From: a virus
Reading direction: 5' to 3' (one strand)
DNA: 64,000 nt
Virus record (IMG/VR): IMGVR_UViG_3300042090_000646
Coordinates: 1-64,000 of that record
Part shown: in pieces, positions 23,544 through 34,149 of the stretch
Position numbering within the stretch: the first letter of the stretch is position 1
How the letters are laid out: every line of letters begins with the position of its first letter
The notes under the pieces: generated by a model
The model's input: the letters and a program-made list of their open reading frames with translations, nothing else
What the model was told of the DNA's origin: nothing
The model's database searches: none
Made by a program: the position numbers and the translations under genes

Positions 23544-24983
23544 ATGGACGTCATCTCGATCCTCGGCCAACTCGCCGAAACTTCTGCGGATCCTCGAATC
23601 CGCACCCTGGTCAAGTCCCTGACCAGCACCCAGGCGGGCACCAACCTCTCTGCCCTGACCGGTGGCGGGGCGATGCGCGTGGAAGCTCTGGAACCGGAAC
23701 TCGCAACTGCGACCGTCCAGAACCCCCATTTCGTGCTGTTCAACCTGCTGTTCCCCAACCGGCATACCTCCTGGTCCCTGATCGACCAGCAGGTCGTTCA
23801 GGACGGCATCGGCGGCTACCCGGGCTCCGCGATCTCCAACGAGACCGGCAGCAACCTGAACCAGAGGAACGGTGCCTATCACCGCGCCATCACCGAGCTG
23901 AAAGTCATGGCTGAATTCGGTGGCGTGACCGTTCCCACCGCCATGCAGGGCGCCCTCCAGCAGGCTGCTGGGGCGGCCGACTTCAACTCGGCGGAACAGG
24001 AAATCTTCTCCGCTCTTTCCCGGGTCCTCCAGACCATCGAGTGGCAGCTCCTCTATGGTGATCCCACGATGACCAATCTGGAGTTCCAGGGCCTGATCCC
24101 CGGACTCCTGGCCAACAGCCCCAACATCACCAACCTGGGCGGTATCGCGCTCAATACCGGAGCCGCCGTGGCACCGATCTGCGCGCGCCTTGCCGGCTTC
24201 GGCAACTGGGGCTCTCCCGACGCCCTGATCTGCTCTCCTGCGGTCAAAGCCGATTATGACGGGCACTTGGAGGCCGGGTATCGCGTGAACCTAGACGCGA
24301 ATGTGCCGAACACCACGCTCGGCGCCCTGGTGAAGGCCATCAAGTACAACGGCCTGGGCGTGGGCAATGGGGTTCTCGACCTCTATCCCCATCCCTTCCT
24401 GGACGAAAACATGCGGCAGCCGGTGGAGAACTACGCCCCGACTGAAACCAGCGGCTCCGCCCCTGGCGCCATCGCTGGCGTGGCCTCCGGGACCACCGGA
24501 TCGATCCCTGCGGGGACCTATTTCTACCGGGCTGAAGCGGCTGGTCCCGGCTTCGTCTCCACCTCTGTCGCCTCGGCCTCCGTCACCGTGGCGGCCACCA
24601 ACATCGTGACCCTGACCATCACTGCCTCCGGCGGCCAGGCCGAGAGCTACTACAACATCTACCGCAGCTCCAAGAACGGTGCCGTCACCTCAAGCCTGAC
24701 CCGATTCATTACTCGCGTGGCCAGGACCGGTGGCTCCACGACCTTCGTGGATACCAATGCCAGCATCCCCGGCACCTCAAGCGCCCTCATCCTGACCACG
24801 GCGCCCCAGTTCGACGCCCTGCGCCTGGTCCAGATGGCGCCCCCCAGCAAGATCCCCCTCGCCATGACCCAGCTCCAGTACAACTTCGCGGTCATGTATA
24901 TCGCGTGCCTCCGGCTTTCCCTGCCGAAAAAGCACGCCCTGATCACCAACATCCTGCCCTCCAACGCGACCTGGCTGCCCTGA
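23544..24983 (+). CDS. Major capsid protein with inserted Ig/FN3-like segment
   Basis: LVKSL..GT..LTGGGAMRVEALE N-terminus; LLYGD..LEFQGL; AAGGAGG RBS. Confidence 0.85.
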   Translation: MDVISILGQLAETSADPRIRTLVKSLTSTQAGTNLSALTGGGAMRVEALEPELATATVQNPHFVLFNLLFPNRHTSWSLIDQQVVQDGIGGYPGSAISNETGSNLNQRNGAYHRAITELKVMAEFGGVTVPTAMQGALQQAAGAADFNSAEQEIFSALSRVLQTIEWQLLYGDPTMTNLEFQGLIPGLLANSPNITNLGGIALNTGAAVAPICARLAGFGNWGSPDALICSPAVKADYDGHLEAGYRVNLDANVPNTTLGALVKAIKYNGLGVGNGVLDLYPHPFLDENMRQPVENYAPTETSGSAPGAIAGVASGTTGSIPAGTYFYRAEAAGPGFVSTSVASASVTVAATNIVTLTITASGGQAESYYNIYRSSKNGAVTSSLTRFITRVARTGGSTTFVDTNASIPGTSSALILTTAPQFDALRLVQMAPPSKIPLAMTQLQYNFAVMYIACLRLSLPKKHALITNILPSNATWLP

Positions 24984-25047
24984 GCCCTGACGCAATCCGG
25001 TCCAGGTGGTCTTTCGGGCCACCTGGACCTTTTTGAAAGGAGATTCC

Positions 25048-25449
25048 GTGGATCAGAAGATCATAATGTGCCACACCGGACGCCCCTGCGATCCGCCCAT
25101 CATCAACATGCCGCACGGGGACCCCATCGTTTTCGAGCCGAACCCTAATGGCGGCCCACTCTGGATCGCCTACTGCACTGCCGAACAGGTGGAGGACATG
25201 GCCAGGTTCGACTTCTTCCGGAAGTTCACCGAGGAGCTTCCGGAGGAAAAGATCGAGAAGGGGAATATCCCCGACGAGACCTGGACCCGCGCCGGAATCG
25301 CCGAGTGGGCCCTGGAGGAGCTGGATATCGTCATCGACCTGAAGCTCAAGGCAGACATGCTCGCCGAGCTGAATGCTGCCGTCGCCAAGGCCGAGGCCGA
25401 GAAGGCCAGCCTGCCTCCCTTCGTTTCGGGTGAACCCGTCACCGACTAA
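25048..25449 (+). CDS. Hypothetical virion-associated protein
   Basis: AAGGGAG RBS before GTG; position after capsid. Confidence 0.65.
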   Translation: MDQKIIMCHTGRPCDPPIINMPHGDPIVFEPNPNGGPLWIAYCTAEQVEDMARFDFFRKFTEELPEEKIEKGNIPDETWTRAGIAEWALEELDIVIDLKLKADMLAELNAAVAKAEAEKASLPPFVSGEPVTD

Positions 25450-25460
25450 GGACTACGCTC

Positions 25461-26234
25461 ATGCCGTTTGAGGTCACCCCAGACTATCTCCTGGCCACCT
25501 ATCTGTCTGGGCTAGTGACGCGTCTGCCTCGGCTTGCGGAATCCCCCTGCGCTGACTTCCTTGTGGATGCCATCGCAGAGGGATCCTGGAAGGTCCAGCG
25601 AGACCTTGGGACCCGTTTCGTGCCGACGACATTCATTCCCCAATTCGACACCGGAAACGACGGATATCCTCCGCAAACCTCGGGCCCTGCTGAATTCGAG
25701 CCATATTACCAGTGGCCCGGCGTCCTCCCGGGGGATGGATTCCCCCTTCTCAAGACCCGCATCCGCCCCATCCAGCAGATTGTGTCCCTGGTCCTGACGG
25801 TGCCCGGCACGATCATCTCCCAATTCACCTTCGACAATTCGTGGCTGCGGACGGATCGGAAATCCAACCAGATCATGATCTCCCCGACGGGATCCAATGC
25901 TATCTATGCCCTGGCCTATGCCATGGGCGGATTGGCCTGGCGCACCGCCCAGTCGGCGGCCCTGACCTATCTGGCCGGACTCGACGCGCAGAATCCGGAC
26001 TGGCCCAAGGTCAACCGGCTTACGGCCATGCGGTCCACACTGGCCCTTCTCCCCATGCTCTCCGGGTGGCTCAATCCCACCGCCCTATCATCAATCTCCG
26101 CGGACGGCCTGACCCAATCCCGCAAGACGGGATATGTGTTCTCCGACTGGGCCGAGACCTTGGAAAAGGATTGCGAGAAGCTTACCAACGAGCTGCTGGG
26201 CGCCTGGGACGGCCCCGGTCTGTTCGTCCTGTGA
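25461..26234 (+). CDS. Head-tail adaptor/neck protein
   Basis: YLAGL..SSISADGLTQS motif and position. Confidence 0.65.
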   Translation: MPFEVTPDYLLATYLSGLVTRLPRLAESPCADFLVDAIAEGSWKVQRDLGTRFVPTTFIPQFDTGNDGYPPQTSGPAEFEPYYQWPGVLPGDGFPLLKTRIRPIQQIVSLVLTVPGTIISQFTFDNSWLRTDRKSNQIMISPTGSNAIYALAYAMGGLAWRTAQSAALTYLAGLDAQNPDWPKVNRLTAMRSTLALLPMLSGWLNPTALSSISADGLTQSRKTGYVFSDWAETLEKDCEKLTNELLGAWDGPGLFVL

Positions 26235-26246
26235 TGGGAGGCATCC

Positions 26247-27779
26247 GTGTCTCTCCATGACGTCGCCTTCTATACCTTCGAGATTTGGAAGTCCGATCTG
26301 TCGCAAAAGGCAGATTATGGGGATGTTGTTGACCTATCCTCGATCTCGGCCACCTTGCGCTTGGCGCCCCAGGCCCTCACCATCGAGACCGGCTACCGTG
26401 CTGATTTTGGTCTGGATCTTAATGGGGATCCGGTGATCGCCGAAGCCGGGTTTGGGCCGGGCCGGTGGACCATTCGGGGCAACTATGGCGTCGGTTCCCA
26501 AGGACTGAAGACACTCGCCAACAACTCCGACCAGGGCATGATCACCCTGGGCCTAGACAACCGCCTGGCCATCCTCGCGGTCCTCCAGAACTATGCCGAT
26601 ACCAACGCTTTCAACCTCACCTATGGCAAACCCCTCCTGAAGTTGGTCTTCAAGGTCCTGTCGGGGGGTCCCAGCGAGTTCAAGAACCAGGTTTGGTGGA
26701 TCCTCCCGCTAGGAATGCCCACCGATGAGCGGAGTGCCACTCGTCCCCTGGACTGGTCCTATAGCATGACCTTCTGGGCCCTCAAACGGGTGGATCAGCA
26801 GGTATCGGCGACGGACATGCTCAACGGGCTCTCTCTCACAAGCTTGATGGCAATAATCAGCCAGATTAAGGGCGACATTCAGGCAATCCAGCAGCTCCTC
26901 AACTTTAGCCAGTGGCCCATCGTCCAGACGATTCAGGGCGTCATCACGGGGGTCCAGTCTGCGGTCAACTCGGCCAATAACCTGGTGGGCATGGTCAATG
27001 CCGATTTCCAGGGCGCCTCGGACCTCCTGCGTTCTGCCAGTTTTGCCTTGACCTCCCTGATCGGGACGGTAGAGGCCACTGCTAACCTCCCGGCTCAGGC
27101 CCAGCAGGACCTCATCCAGTCCCTGACTTATGCCCGGGTGAGCATCGGCCAATCCCTCCTGTCGATCACTGCCAATGGCGAATTGACCTCCACGCCTCCG
27201 GCCCCGGCGCCGATTCCGGTCATCCCAAACCGCGATCTCCGCATGATCGCCGCTACGGTCCTAGGGGACGCATCCCTGTGGACCACTATCGCCGCGCAGA
27301 ATGACCTGGTCTACCCGTTCGTCTCCTGGCCTGCCGGTGGCCCAGCAGCCTCTCCAAGCGGTTTGATCCCAGGGACGGTCGCAGCACCCGGCGGCTTACT
27401 CACGGCAACCCCTGGAGCCTCGCAGGCCATCCTGGACCCCGCCGGGATGGATCTCGACCCCAGCGGTGGGGACTTCCTGGTGGGTGGGATCCAGAATATC
27501 GTCAACGCCCTTAACCGGCGGTTGAACACCCCCTTGGGCTATCTACCTCAGCACCCCAATTACGGGTCCTCCCTGAACAAGTGGCTGGGCGAGCCCCTTA
27601 CGGTGGACAACGCCCTGGCCATCCGGGGGGAAGTCTCGCGGGTCCTCCTTTCAGACCCTAGGGTGACAACCATTACCGCCATCACCCTGGAGACGGATGG
27701 GGAGCAGTCGGTCTCGGTCAATGCCATTGCCCAGACCATCCTCGGCCCTGCCGCATTCGCTGTTACCGGAGGCTCCTAA
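26247..27779 (+). CDS. Baseplate protein (LysM-like plus gp25-like C-terminus)
   Basis: DLRMIAATVLGDASLWTTIAAQNDL; RLNTPLGYLPQHPNYGS..DPRV. Confidence 0.75.
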   Translation: MSLHDVAFYTFEIWKSDLSQKADYGDVVDLSSISATLRLAPQALTIETGYRADFGLDLNGDPVIAEAGFGPGRWTIRGNYGVGSQGLKTLANNSDQGMITLGLDNRLAILAVLQNYADTNAFNLTYGKPLLKLVFKVLSGGPSEFKNQVWWILPLGMPTDERSATRPLDWSYSMTFWALKRVDQQVSATDMLNGLSLTSLMAIISQIKGDIQAIQQLLNFSQWPIVQTIQGVITGVQSAVNSANNLVGMVNADFQGASDLLRSASFALTSLIGTVEATANLPAQAQQDLIQSLTYARVSIGQSLLSITANGELTSTPPAPAPIPVIPNRDLRMIAATVLGDASLWTTIAAQNDLVYPFVSWPAGGPAASPSGLIPGTVAAPGGLLTATPGASQAILDPAGMDLDPSGGDFLVGGIQNIVNALNRRLNTPLGYLPQHPNYGSSLNKWLGEPLTVDNALAIRGEVSRVLLSDPRVTTITAITLETDGEQSVSVNAIAQTILGPAAFAVTGGS

Positions 27780-29081
27780 ATGGGCTCATCCCTCGGCTTC
27801 CAAGTCCGTGATTGGACCAGCTACACCCAGACGATGGCATCCTGGATCGCCTCCAACCCCTCCTTAGTGCCAGGATTCAATCTGCCCAGCGACATGATCG
27901 AGGGTTCCTTGGAACGGGCCCACCTTGAGGCCCTGGCCATGGTCATGGAGGACTATGACATCCGGGCCCAGAAGGCCGTCGACTATGCAGCCAACAACGC
28001 GGTCTACAATGCCTTTGGCTTCCCCTACCTTTCGGCGAGCCCGTCCCTGGGCCAGGTGACCTTTACCGCTCTGGTCGCCCCGGCCGCCAATATCGACATC
28101 CCCACGGGAACCAAGCTCGGGACCAGCACCGGGGTCCAGTTCGTCACCACCCAAGACGCCACCTTGGAGGCCGGTTCCTTCACAGTGGTCTCCGTCCCGG
28201 TTCAGGCAGCAACCACCGGAACTGCCACCAACGTCCCGGCCTCGTCCATCAGTCGGATCCTCTACCCCATCGCTGGGGTGGACCAGGTGACCAATCCCCA
28301 GGCAACCTGCGGCGGGACTGATCCGGAAACTCCTGCCGCCCGTCAGACCCGGTTTCAATCCTGGGTCAATACCCTGACGAGGGGGACCCTTCAGGCTCTG
28401 GAATATGCGTCCGTTTCGGTCGCCCAATGCGGCGTGATCGATGCCCTGGCGGTCGAGCCGTTCAATATGACTCCTCCGCAAGGCTCCGTGGGTAACGTGT
28501 GGGTGTTCCTGGACAACGGACTCGGCTCGGCAGTCGTGCCGGGTGCCATCGCCTCAGCTATCAACGGGACTGGCGGGGTCGGCGGGGTCATGAACGGCTA
28601 TCCTGGTCCCAATAATACCTTCGTCCCTGGCTGGGCCGCCGCGGGGATACAGGTGATCCTGAAGCCGGTCCTCTATGCCAACGTGTTCTTGACGGCTGCC
28701 GTCGTCACGAATTCCCACGGGAAAGGCCGGTTCGGTGATATCCAGGCAGCTCTTTCTGCCGCCGCGACCACCTATTTCAATGCCGTGACCATCGGCCAGC
28801 CGGTGATCTATCACGAGTTGTTGGTGGCCCTCTCCCTGGCCGACCCGGACATCCAGAGCATCACGCTCCAGATGGGTCTGGAATCGACCCCTGGCACCCT
28901 CGCAAGCCTGATCTGGAACCCATCCGCGGGAGGAATGGACAACACCGTCTATGCCACCCTGGCGAGCCACCCAATCCTATTTGGCTCTGACTTCACCTGG
29001 AACCAGAATGACCCGGTCCAGGTCGGTTCGCGGTATGTCCTCCAGAACGATGCCACCTATCCCATCTGGAACCTTTCATGA
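27780..29081 (+). CDS. Baseplate J-like wedge protein
   Basis: GQVTF..IPTGT..GGTDPET..R..LTRGT. Confidence 0.85.
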   Translation: MGSSLGFQVRDWTSYTQTMASWIASNPSLVPGFNLPSDMIEGSLERAHLEALAMVMEDYDIRAQKAVDYAANNAVYNAFGFPYLSASPSLGQVTFTALVAPAANIDIPTGTKLGTSTGVQFVTTQDATLEAGSFTVVSVPVQAATTGTATNVPASSISRILYPIAGVDQVTNPQATCGGTDPETPAARQTRFQSWVNTLTRGTLQALEYASVSVAQCGVIDALAVEPFNMTPPQGSVGNVWVFLDNGLGSAVVPGAIASAINGTGGVGGVMNGYPGPNNTFVPGWAAAGIQVILKPVLYANVFLTAAVVTNSHGKGRFGDIQAALSAAATTYFNAVTIGQPVIYHELLVALSLADPDIQSITLQMGLESTPGTLASLIWNPSAGGMDNTVYATLASHPILFGSDFTWNQNDPVQVGSRYVLQNDATYPIWNLS

Positions 29082-31120
29082 CGACTCATTATGGCATCCA
29101 GGTCCGGGTCTACCTGGATTCAGTGGGTCCAATGGTCCAGTCCGGGGTCACCCGGACCTATTCGGTCAAGATGCTGGAGACCGGGACTATTTTCAATGAC
29201 CTGGCCAACAGCAAGGTCTATACGGACCCCATCGGCATCGTCGCCATCGAGACAAGCGAGACAATGCGTGGGCACTCGGGGGCACTGAGCCTCCTGGTCG
29301 GGGCGGTTGGGGCGATCCTCCGCACCCGGATAGAGGCGCAGGACTGCCTACGAATCGAGGCCAATACCGGAAGTGGATGGCATTGCCTGTTCGACGGCTT
29401 CGTGTCCCTCGTCTCCTGGTCCCGGTTCTCCTCCGTCCGGGGCTTTTCCTGGCGGCTTCAAGTCCATGCCGAAGGGCTCTCGCGGATCTTCCAGCAGGCG
29501 TGGCTGAACTGGCGCATGGCGGTCATGCAGGGGCCGATTGCCGACTTGATGACCGCCAATGGCCGACGGATCATGAACAACCTGTCCAGCAACGGCGGCT
29601 ATTTCACTGATCCCCAGCAGTTCATCGGGATGCTCTTGAATTTCGGGGTGAGCGACATCATGGGGCTCACGGGTAGGGATGGAATACCCATTGCCATCAA
29701 CGATTATTGGCAGATAGGGAATTTGGGCTCAATGATTGGGGATCAGCCGGATTTCGGCTCATGGGCGCCGAATTGGCACAATGCCATGGGCCTACAAGTC
29801 GGGGCGGCATTGGACTCTTATCTCCAGATGGAGGGCCCGCTCATGCAGACCATCACCTCCATCTCGGAACCGACCTTGCATGAGTTCTTTATCACATATC
29901 AGGTCAAGGGCGGGATCGAAGGGAACCCTGAAATTCCGACCGTTGTTTTCCGGCCCATCCCTTTCCCAGGACCTGGCATCGATCCCGCTCCGCTCCGGCC
30001 ATCGGCTCCCGGTGTTTCCTATCCAGACGATACCGAATGGATGGCATTGCCGGTCCTTAAGCTCGGAAATGCCAATAACATGCCGTCCCCAGTGAGCATC
30101 TCCGCCAGCAAAAACGACGGCGAACGAAAAAACATGTTCGTGTGGGCCATGTCCTCTGCCTTGGATGGGAGTCCGGAATCGCTCATGGGATCCAAACAGA
30201 GGATGGGGTATTGGCTGGACATGACCTCCCTCCAGCGGTATGGCTATGCCACGGAGCAGGTGACCACCTCGGTTTTCAACCGCCAGAACACGGATTGGAT
30301 GGAGGATTTGATTCCGCGTGTTCTGGGACGGGTCGCCTTCCAGAAGGCGGCCGTGCCTTATTTGTGGAACCATCAGCGGAATTATCCCCTCCTGCTAGGC
30401 TCTCACCCGGGCATGGTCCTCCAGGATTCCACAGATGGGGCCTGCGGCTATATCAATGCCGTATCTCACCAAATCCAGGCCGGAGATCCAGGTGTTTTCC
30501 GGGCCGCGACCACCATCCAGGTTGAACGGGTTGTGGAAAACGCTTCGAGTCCTGTCACCCAGGAGAGCTATCCGGGCAGTGTCCGATCCTATCTGTTCGC
30601 CCTTCAACACTACTTCCCGGCCCCCGATCAGAACCTGGCCCTGGAAACCATCCATACCGCCATGCATGGGGTTCCTCCGCCTGCAAGCGGGTTCGTTCGG
30701 GTCCAACCTTGGACCGGGGCGATGGTCGAAACTTCGGGCATCGGAGCCACCCGGAGGTGCGGGGTCCACAAAGCCGTGGATTATGCTCTGGCCGTTGGGA
30801 CCCCGCTGGTTGCTCCATGCGATGGGAAATTCCTTTATCAGCGGACCCAGGTGGATGCATTGGGCCACGTCGTGGGAGCTGGCAACTATGTCAAATTCCA
30901 GGGAGACGATGGTTCCGTCCATATGTTCGCCCATCTCTCGTCCTTCCCATATCCGGCCCTCGCGGTGAATCAGCGGATCCGTGCTGGCTCAACGCCAATG
31001 GGCGTCACTGGCATTTCTGGCCATACCACCGGACCCCATCTTCACTGGCAAATTCTCATGGGCAAAGATCGAATCCTGGACCCCCAGGTATGGATCGCCA
31101 ACGGAGGGTCACCGCTATGA
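29078..31120 (+). CDS. Baseplate hub-like protein with C-terminal M23 peptidase
   Basis: HKAVD (HxxxD), FAHL, GHTTGPHLH (HxH). Confidence 0.8.
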   Translation: MTTHYGIQVRVYLDSVGPMVQSGVTRTYSVKMLETGTIFNDLANSKVYTDPIGIVAIETSETMRGHSGALSLLVGAVGAILRTRIEAQDCLRIEANTGSGWHCLFDGFVSLVSWSRFSSVRGFSWRLQVHAEGLSRIFQQAWLNWRMAVMQGPIADLMTANGRRIMNNLSSNGGYFTDPQQFIGMLLNFGVSDIMGLTGRDGIPIAINDYWQIGNLGSMIGDQPDFGSWAPNWHNAMGLQVGAALDSYLQMEGPLMQTITSISEPTLHEFFITYQVKGGIEGNPEIPTVVFRPIPFPGPGIDPAPLRPSAPGVSYPDDTEWMALPVLKLGNANNMPSPVSISASKNDGERKNMFVWAMSSALDGSPESLMGSKQRMGYWLDMTSLQRYGYATEQVTTSVFNRQNTDWMEDLIPRVLGRVAFQKAAVPYLWNHQRNYPLLLGSHPGMVLQDSTDGACGYINAVSHQIQAGDPGVFRAATTIQVERVVENASSPVTQESYPGSVRSYLFALQHYFPAPDQNLALETIHTAMHGVPPPASGFVRVQPWTGAMVETSGIGATRRCGVHKAVDYALAVGTPLVAPCDGKFLYQRTQVDALGHVVGAGNYVKFQGDDGSVHMFAHLSSFPYPALAVNQRIRAGSTPMGVTGISGHTTGPHLHWQILMGKDRILDPQVWIANGGSPL

Positions 31121-32100
31121 TGGGCGCCAATTTCGGAGTCGTTTATGCCCAGGTCCCTACTAGGCACGGGGTCCAGGTTGAGTGGCGCAACCTCCAGTTC
31201 CAGGGGGCTCCAAACCCCACAGAGGATGGCTATGGCTTTTGTCGGGTTGGGTCCCGGAGGGCCCACCCTAGCCTCGGGATGGAGACCGACCTCCCGGCAG
31301 TTGGAGAACTTGGCCTGATCATCTCCTTGGATGACGAGGTGAACGTCTGGGTGTGTTCTATTCCGTGGCAGGACATCAATGCGATCATTCCTGGCTTGAC
31401 ATTGAAGCGGCATGACTCTGGTGTCACCAGCCAGATCAACGCCGATGGCGAGTGCCAATTGGACTTTCCCGGGGGCTCCAGGATCCGATATACGATCAAT
31501 GATGAGCCGATGGCGATTCCGGCAGGACAGCCGAACATCAACGCTCTGGGCGCCCGGGAGGTCAATTGGATGTGCCTTGATCATGCCAGCGGACTCACGC
31601 TCAAGATCAGCCCCCTGGGCGACCTCACCATCAGCGGGGCCAATACGGTGGGCCTGACCGCCGTTGCGCCTATCTCCATCCAGGGCTTCGGGACCTTCAA
31701 CCTTTCCACTCTACCCATGACGGACAACCCAACTGCGGCGCAGGATTGGGGCCCCCTCTATGGCCTGAACCCGCAGCCCTCCCTTGACATCAACATCAAC
31801 GCCGGAGCGGCGGTGAGCGACCCTGGTGCCGGGGAATCAACCATGAATGTCAATATTACGGCCCAACAGAACGTGAACGTATCGGCTCCGGACGGAACGG
31901 TTACGATTTCGGGCCAAAATGTCCAAATCCAGAACGGCTCCAATGGAGCCCGGTTCTGCATGGAGAGTCTGGTCACCTGGGCCAAGAACCACACCCATAC
32001 CAGCGCCGCCAGTGGTTCGCCCACCTCCGCCCCCACGGTAGATCCAACCGGGCAACCCTCGAACTATTCCCCATCCACTCTCCTGGGCCAACACGGATGA
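31117..32100 (+). CDS. Baseplate spike (gpV-like)
   Basis: LPAVGE motif, beta-helix-like repeats, terminal NHTH metal-binding motif. Confidence 0.75.
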   Translation: MMGANFGVVYAQVPTRHGVQVEWRNLQFQGAPNPTEDGYGFCRVGSRRAHPSLGMETDLPAVGELGLIISLDDEVNVWVCSIPWQDINAIIPGLTLKRHDSGVTSQINADGECQLDFPGGSRIRYTINDEPMAIPAGQPNINALGAREVNWMCLDHASGLTLKISPLGDLTISGANTVGLTAVAPISIQGFGTFNLSTLPMTDNPTAAQDWGPLYGLNPQPSLDININAGAAVSDPGAGESTMNVNITAQQNVNVSAPDGTVTISGQNVQIQNGSNGARFCMESLVTWAKNHTHTSAASGSPTSAPTVDPTGQPSNYSPSTLLGQHG

Positions 32101-32936
32101 GCGAATTCTTTCTGACGCTGCCAGGTGGCATCATGGATGACCTCAAGGCAGAGGTCCTGGCCATTGCTACCAAGGTTCCGGACGAATTCAAGAACCTGGG
32201 CCATGCCGTCGGAGTGACGGCCTACGAGGCCAAGGATCTCTATGAGGGATACCTGGCAGACCAGCCCATCCCGGGCAGAGGCCAGCTCAAGAAGCCTGCC
32301 ATCCTAAAGGGCCAGACTATCTGCCGCCCGTTGAGCGCCCTGGCTTGGGCTATTGGCCATGAGGACGACGCCGCCAAGCGAATCGAGGAAGGATCGCCCG
32401 CGCATGACATGAAGCAGGACCTCCGCAAGGCGCCCAAGGCTAGGAGAAGCAAGGACGGGAGCCTCTACCTGATTATTCCGTTCCGGCATAGTAATCCCAA
32501 GGCCCGGGGCATCCAGGCCATGCCCAAGGAGGTCTACAAGCTGGCCAAGGCGATGAGCTTCAGCCATCACCAGGGCGTGATCGGCTCGCGCATGTCGGCA
32601 ACGGGCCATTCGGTCCCATTGTTTGGTTACCAGTGGGGTGACCGTCTTGGCAAAGGCTTAGCGCCCAAAGCCAAATCCTGGCATGTCACCGACTACTACC
32701 AAGGGATGTATCGCTTCCATGACGCCGGGACTACCAAGCAGCAGAAATCTGCCGGCTATATTACCTTCCGAACCATGTCACAGAAATCGGACCCAAGGAG
32801 CTGGATCCGACCGGCGCAGCCCGGACTATTCCCCTTGGACACCGCCATGACCGAGGCATGGAACGCCAATGTCCCGTTCCTAGATGCCGCCCTGTGGGAG
32901 GACATCCAGGTCATGTGGGCCGGAATCAAGTCTTGA
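32097..32936 (+). CDS. Neck/tail completion-type virion protein
   Basis: IEEG..HDMK..YLIIPFRH..YITFRTMS..SWI. Confidence 0.65.
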   Translation: MSEFFLTLPGGIMDDLKAEVLAIATKVPDEFKNLGHAVGVTAYEAKDLYEGYLADQPIPGRGQLKKPAILKGQTICRPLSALAWAIGHEDDAAKRIEEGSPAHDMKQDLRKAPKARRSKDGSLYLIIPFRHSNPKARGIQAMPKEVYKLAKAMSFSHHQGVIGSRMSATGHSVPLFGYQWGDRLGKGLAPKAKSWHVTDYYQGMYRFHDAGTTKQQKSAGYITFRTMSQKSDPRSWIRPAQPGLFPLDTAMTEAWNANVPFLDAALWEDIQVMWAGIKS

Positions 32937-34137
32937 TGATGTAGTTGAAGGTCTGATAAGGGGGCATGTTGTTGTGGGCTGTTCCGCCCCCCGTGTTGCG
33001 AGAAACGTTCGCCGCTGCGTCAGGAAGACCTATGCCGTTATAGGTCATGTTTCCGGTGACAGGGAACGGGCCCTGGACATACTGGCCAGTATTGCTTTCC
33101 ACTGTTCCACTGCCACTGATCCAGACTCCATCGATAAGGTGGCTATGGGAAGGCATTTCAGTGGGTGCCAGGGTGTGGGTTGCCTCACCGACATATCCCG
33201 GAGAACCTGCCGTCTGTGCCAACTGGTAAGGTCCGGTCGTGGGGGCCGTGAAACTGGATGCCCCAAGCGGGAACACCCCTTGCATGTTAGGAAGATTGAA
33301 TGTGGTGCTGCCATCGCCAACCCCATAGGAGGTCCCAATGGCGGCGAACAATGCCGCCGTGGCGCCAACCCTAGGGACCGCCGCACCATTGCAGAATAGG
33401 TATCCTGCCGGAAGGGCGCCCCCGGCAAAGGGGAACAAGACCCCCGTAGGTATGGCGGCAATGCCGGAGAGACGTGTATTCAGGTCAACCTGACCGCCCC
33501 TGGCGTTGAATATTTCCTGGAAATAGCCATAGATGGTGGCCCATCGGGCATCCGTGGGGGTCCATGGGATGATCGTAGGCTGGGCACCCCCGGCGGCTGG
33601 GACATAGACGGCGGCCAGGATTACCGGGGCGCCTCCGGTGCCACTGGGGCCCGAATAGGAGGTGGCCGGAGTGGGGACGCCATTGGCGCCGATTGTGGAC
33701 ATGGGCGTGGGAGCCAGGATCCCTGCGGCAGGGGTGCCCTGGACCACCGTGTAGTACGGGTACATGCTAGCGTCCATGGTCCCATTGGGTTGGCCGGAGG
33801 TCATGCATCCGGGGATCAGCGATCCGTCCACCCATTGGTGGCAGCCCACGAGAAGGTCGATACGGGGATTACTGGCGTTGGCGGCGGCGATTGTGAAGGT
33901 GAGAGGGGCATCCTCCTGAATGGTCATCCGCCCTTGGCCCTCGCTGCCGACCTCGCGCCAGACGATCAGGTCCCGGTCACCGCCAGGGTTGAGAGATACG
34001 GTCCAGGGCCCGCTGCCAGAGAGTGGTGATATGGAGGGGGTGCCCATCTCGAAGACGCCGGCCGGGAGGGCTACCGCATGATGGACAGAGCTGTCAGTGA
34101 TGACCTCTCCAAATTGGACGCTGACTCTGGTGGCCAT
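32926..34137 (-). CDS. Tail fibre with collar domain
   Basis: PTGVLFPFAG..PAGYLFCNG..LFAAIGTSYG.GDGSTTFNLP; ends HNNMPPY..NYIIKT. Confidence 0.88.
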   Translation of the reverse strand: MATRVSVQFGEVITDSSVHHAVALPAGVFEMGTPSISPLSGSGPWTVSLNPGGDRDLIVWREVGSEGQGRMTIQEDAPLTFTIAAANASNPRIDLLVGCHQWVDGSLIPGCMTSGQPNGTMDASMYPYYTVVQGTPAAGILAPTPMSTIGANGVPTPATSYSGPSGTGGAPVILAAVYVPAAGGAQPTIIPWTPTDARWATIYGYFQEIFNARGGQVDLNTRLSGIAAIPTGVLFPFAGGALPAGYLFCNGAAVPRVGATAALFAAIGTSYGVGDGSTTFNLPNMQGVFPLGASSFTAPTTGPYQLAQTAGSPGYVGEATHTLAPTEMPSHSHLIDGVWISGSGTVESNTGQYVQGPFPVTGNMTYNGIGLPDAAANVSRNTGGGTAHNNMPPYQTFNYIIKT

Positions 34138-34149
34138 GGTGACTCCCTG

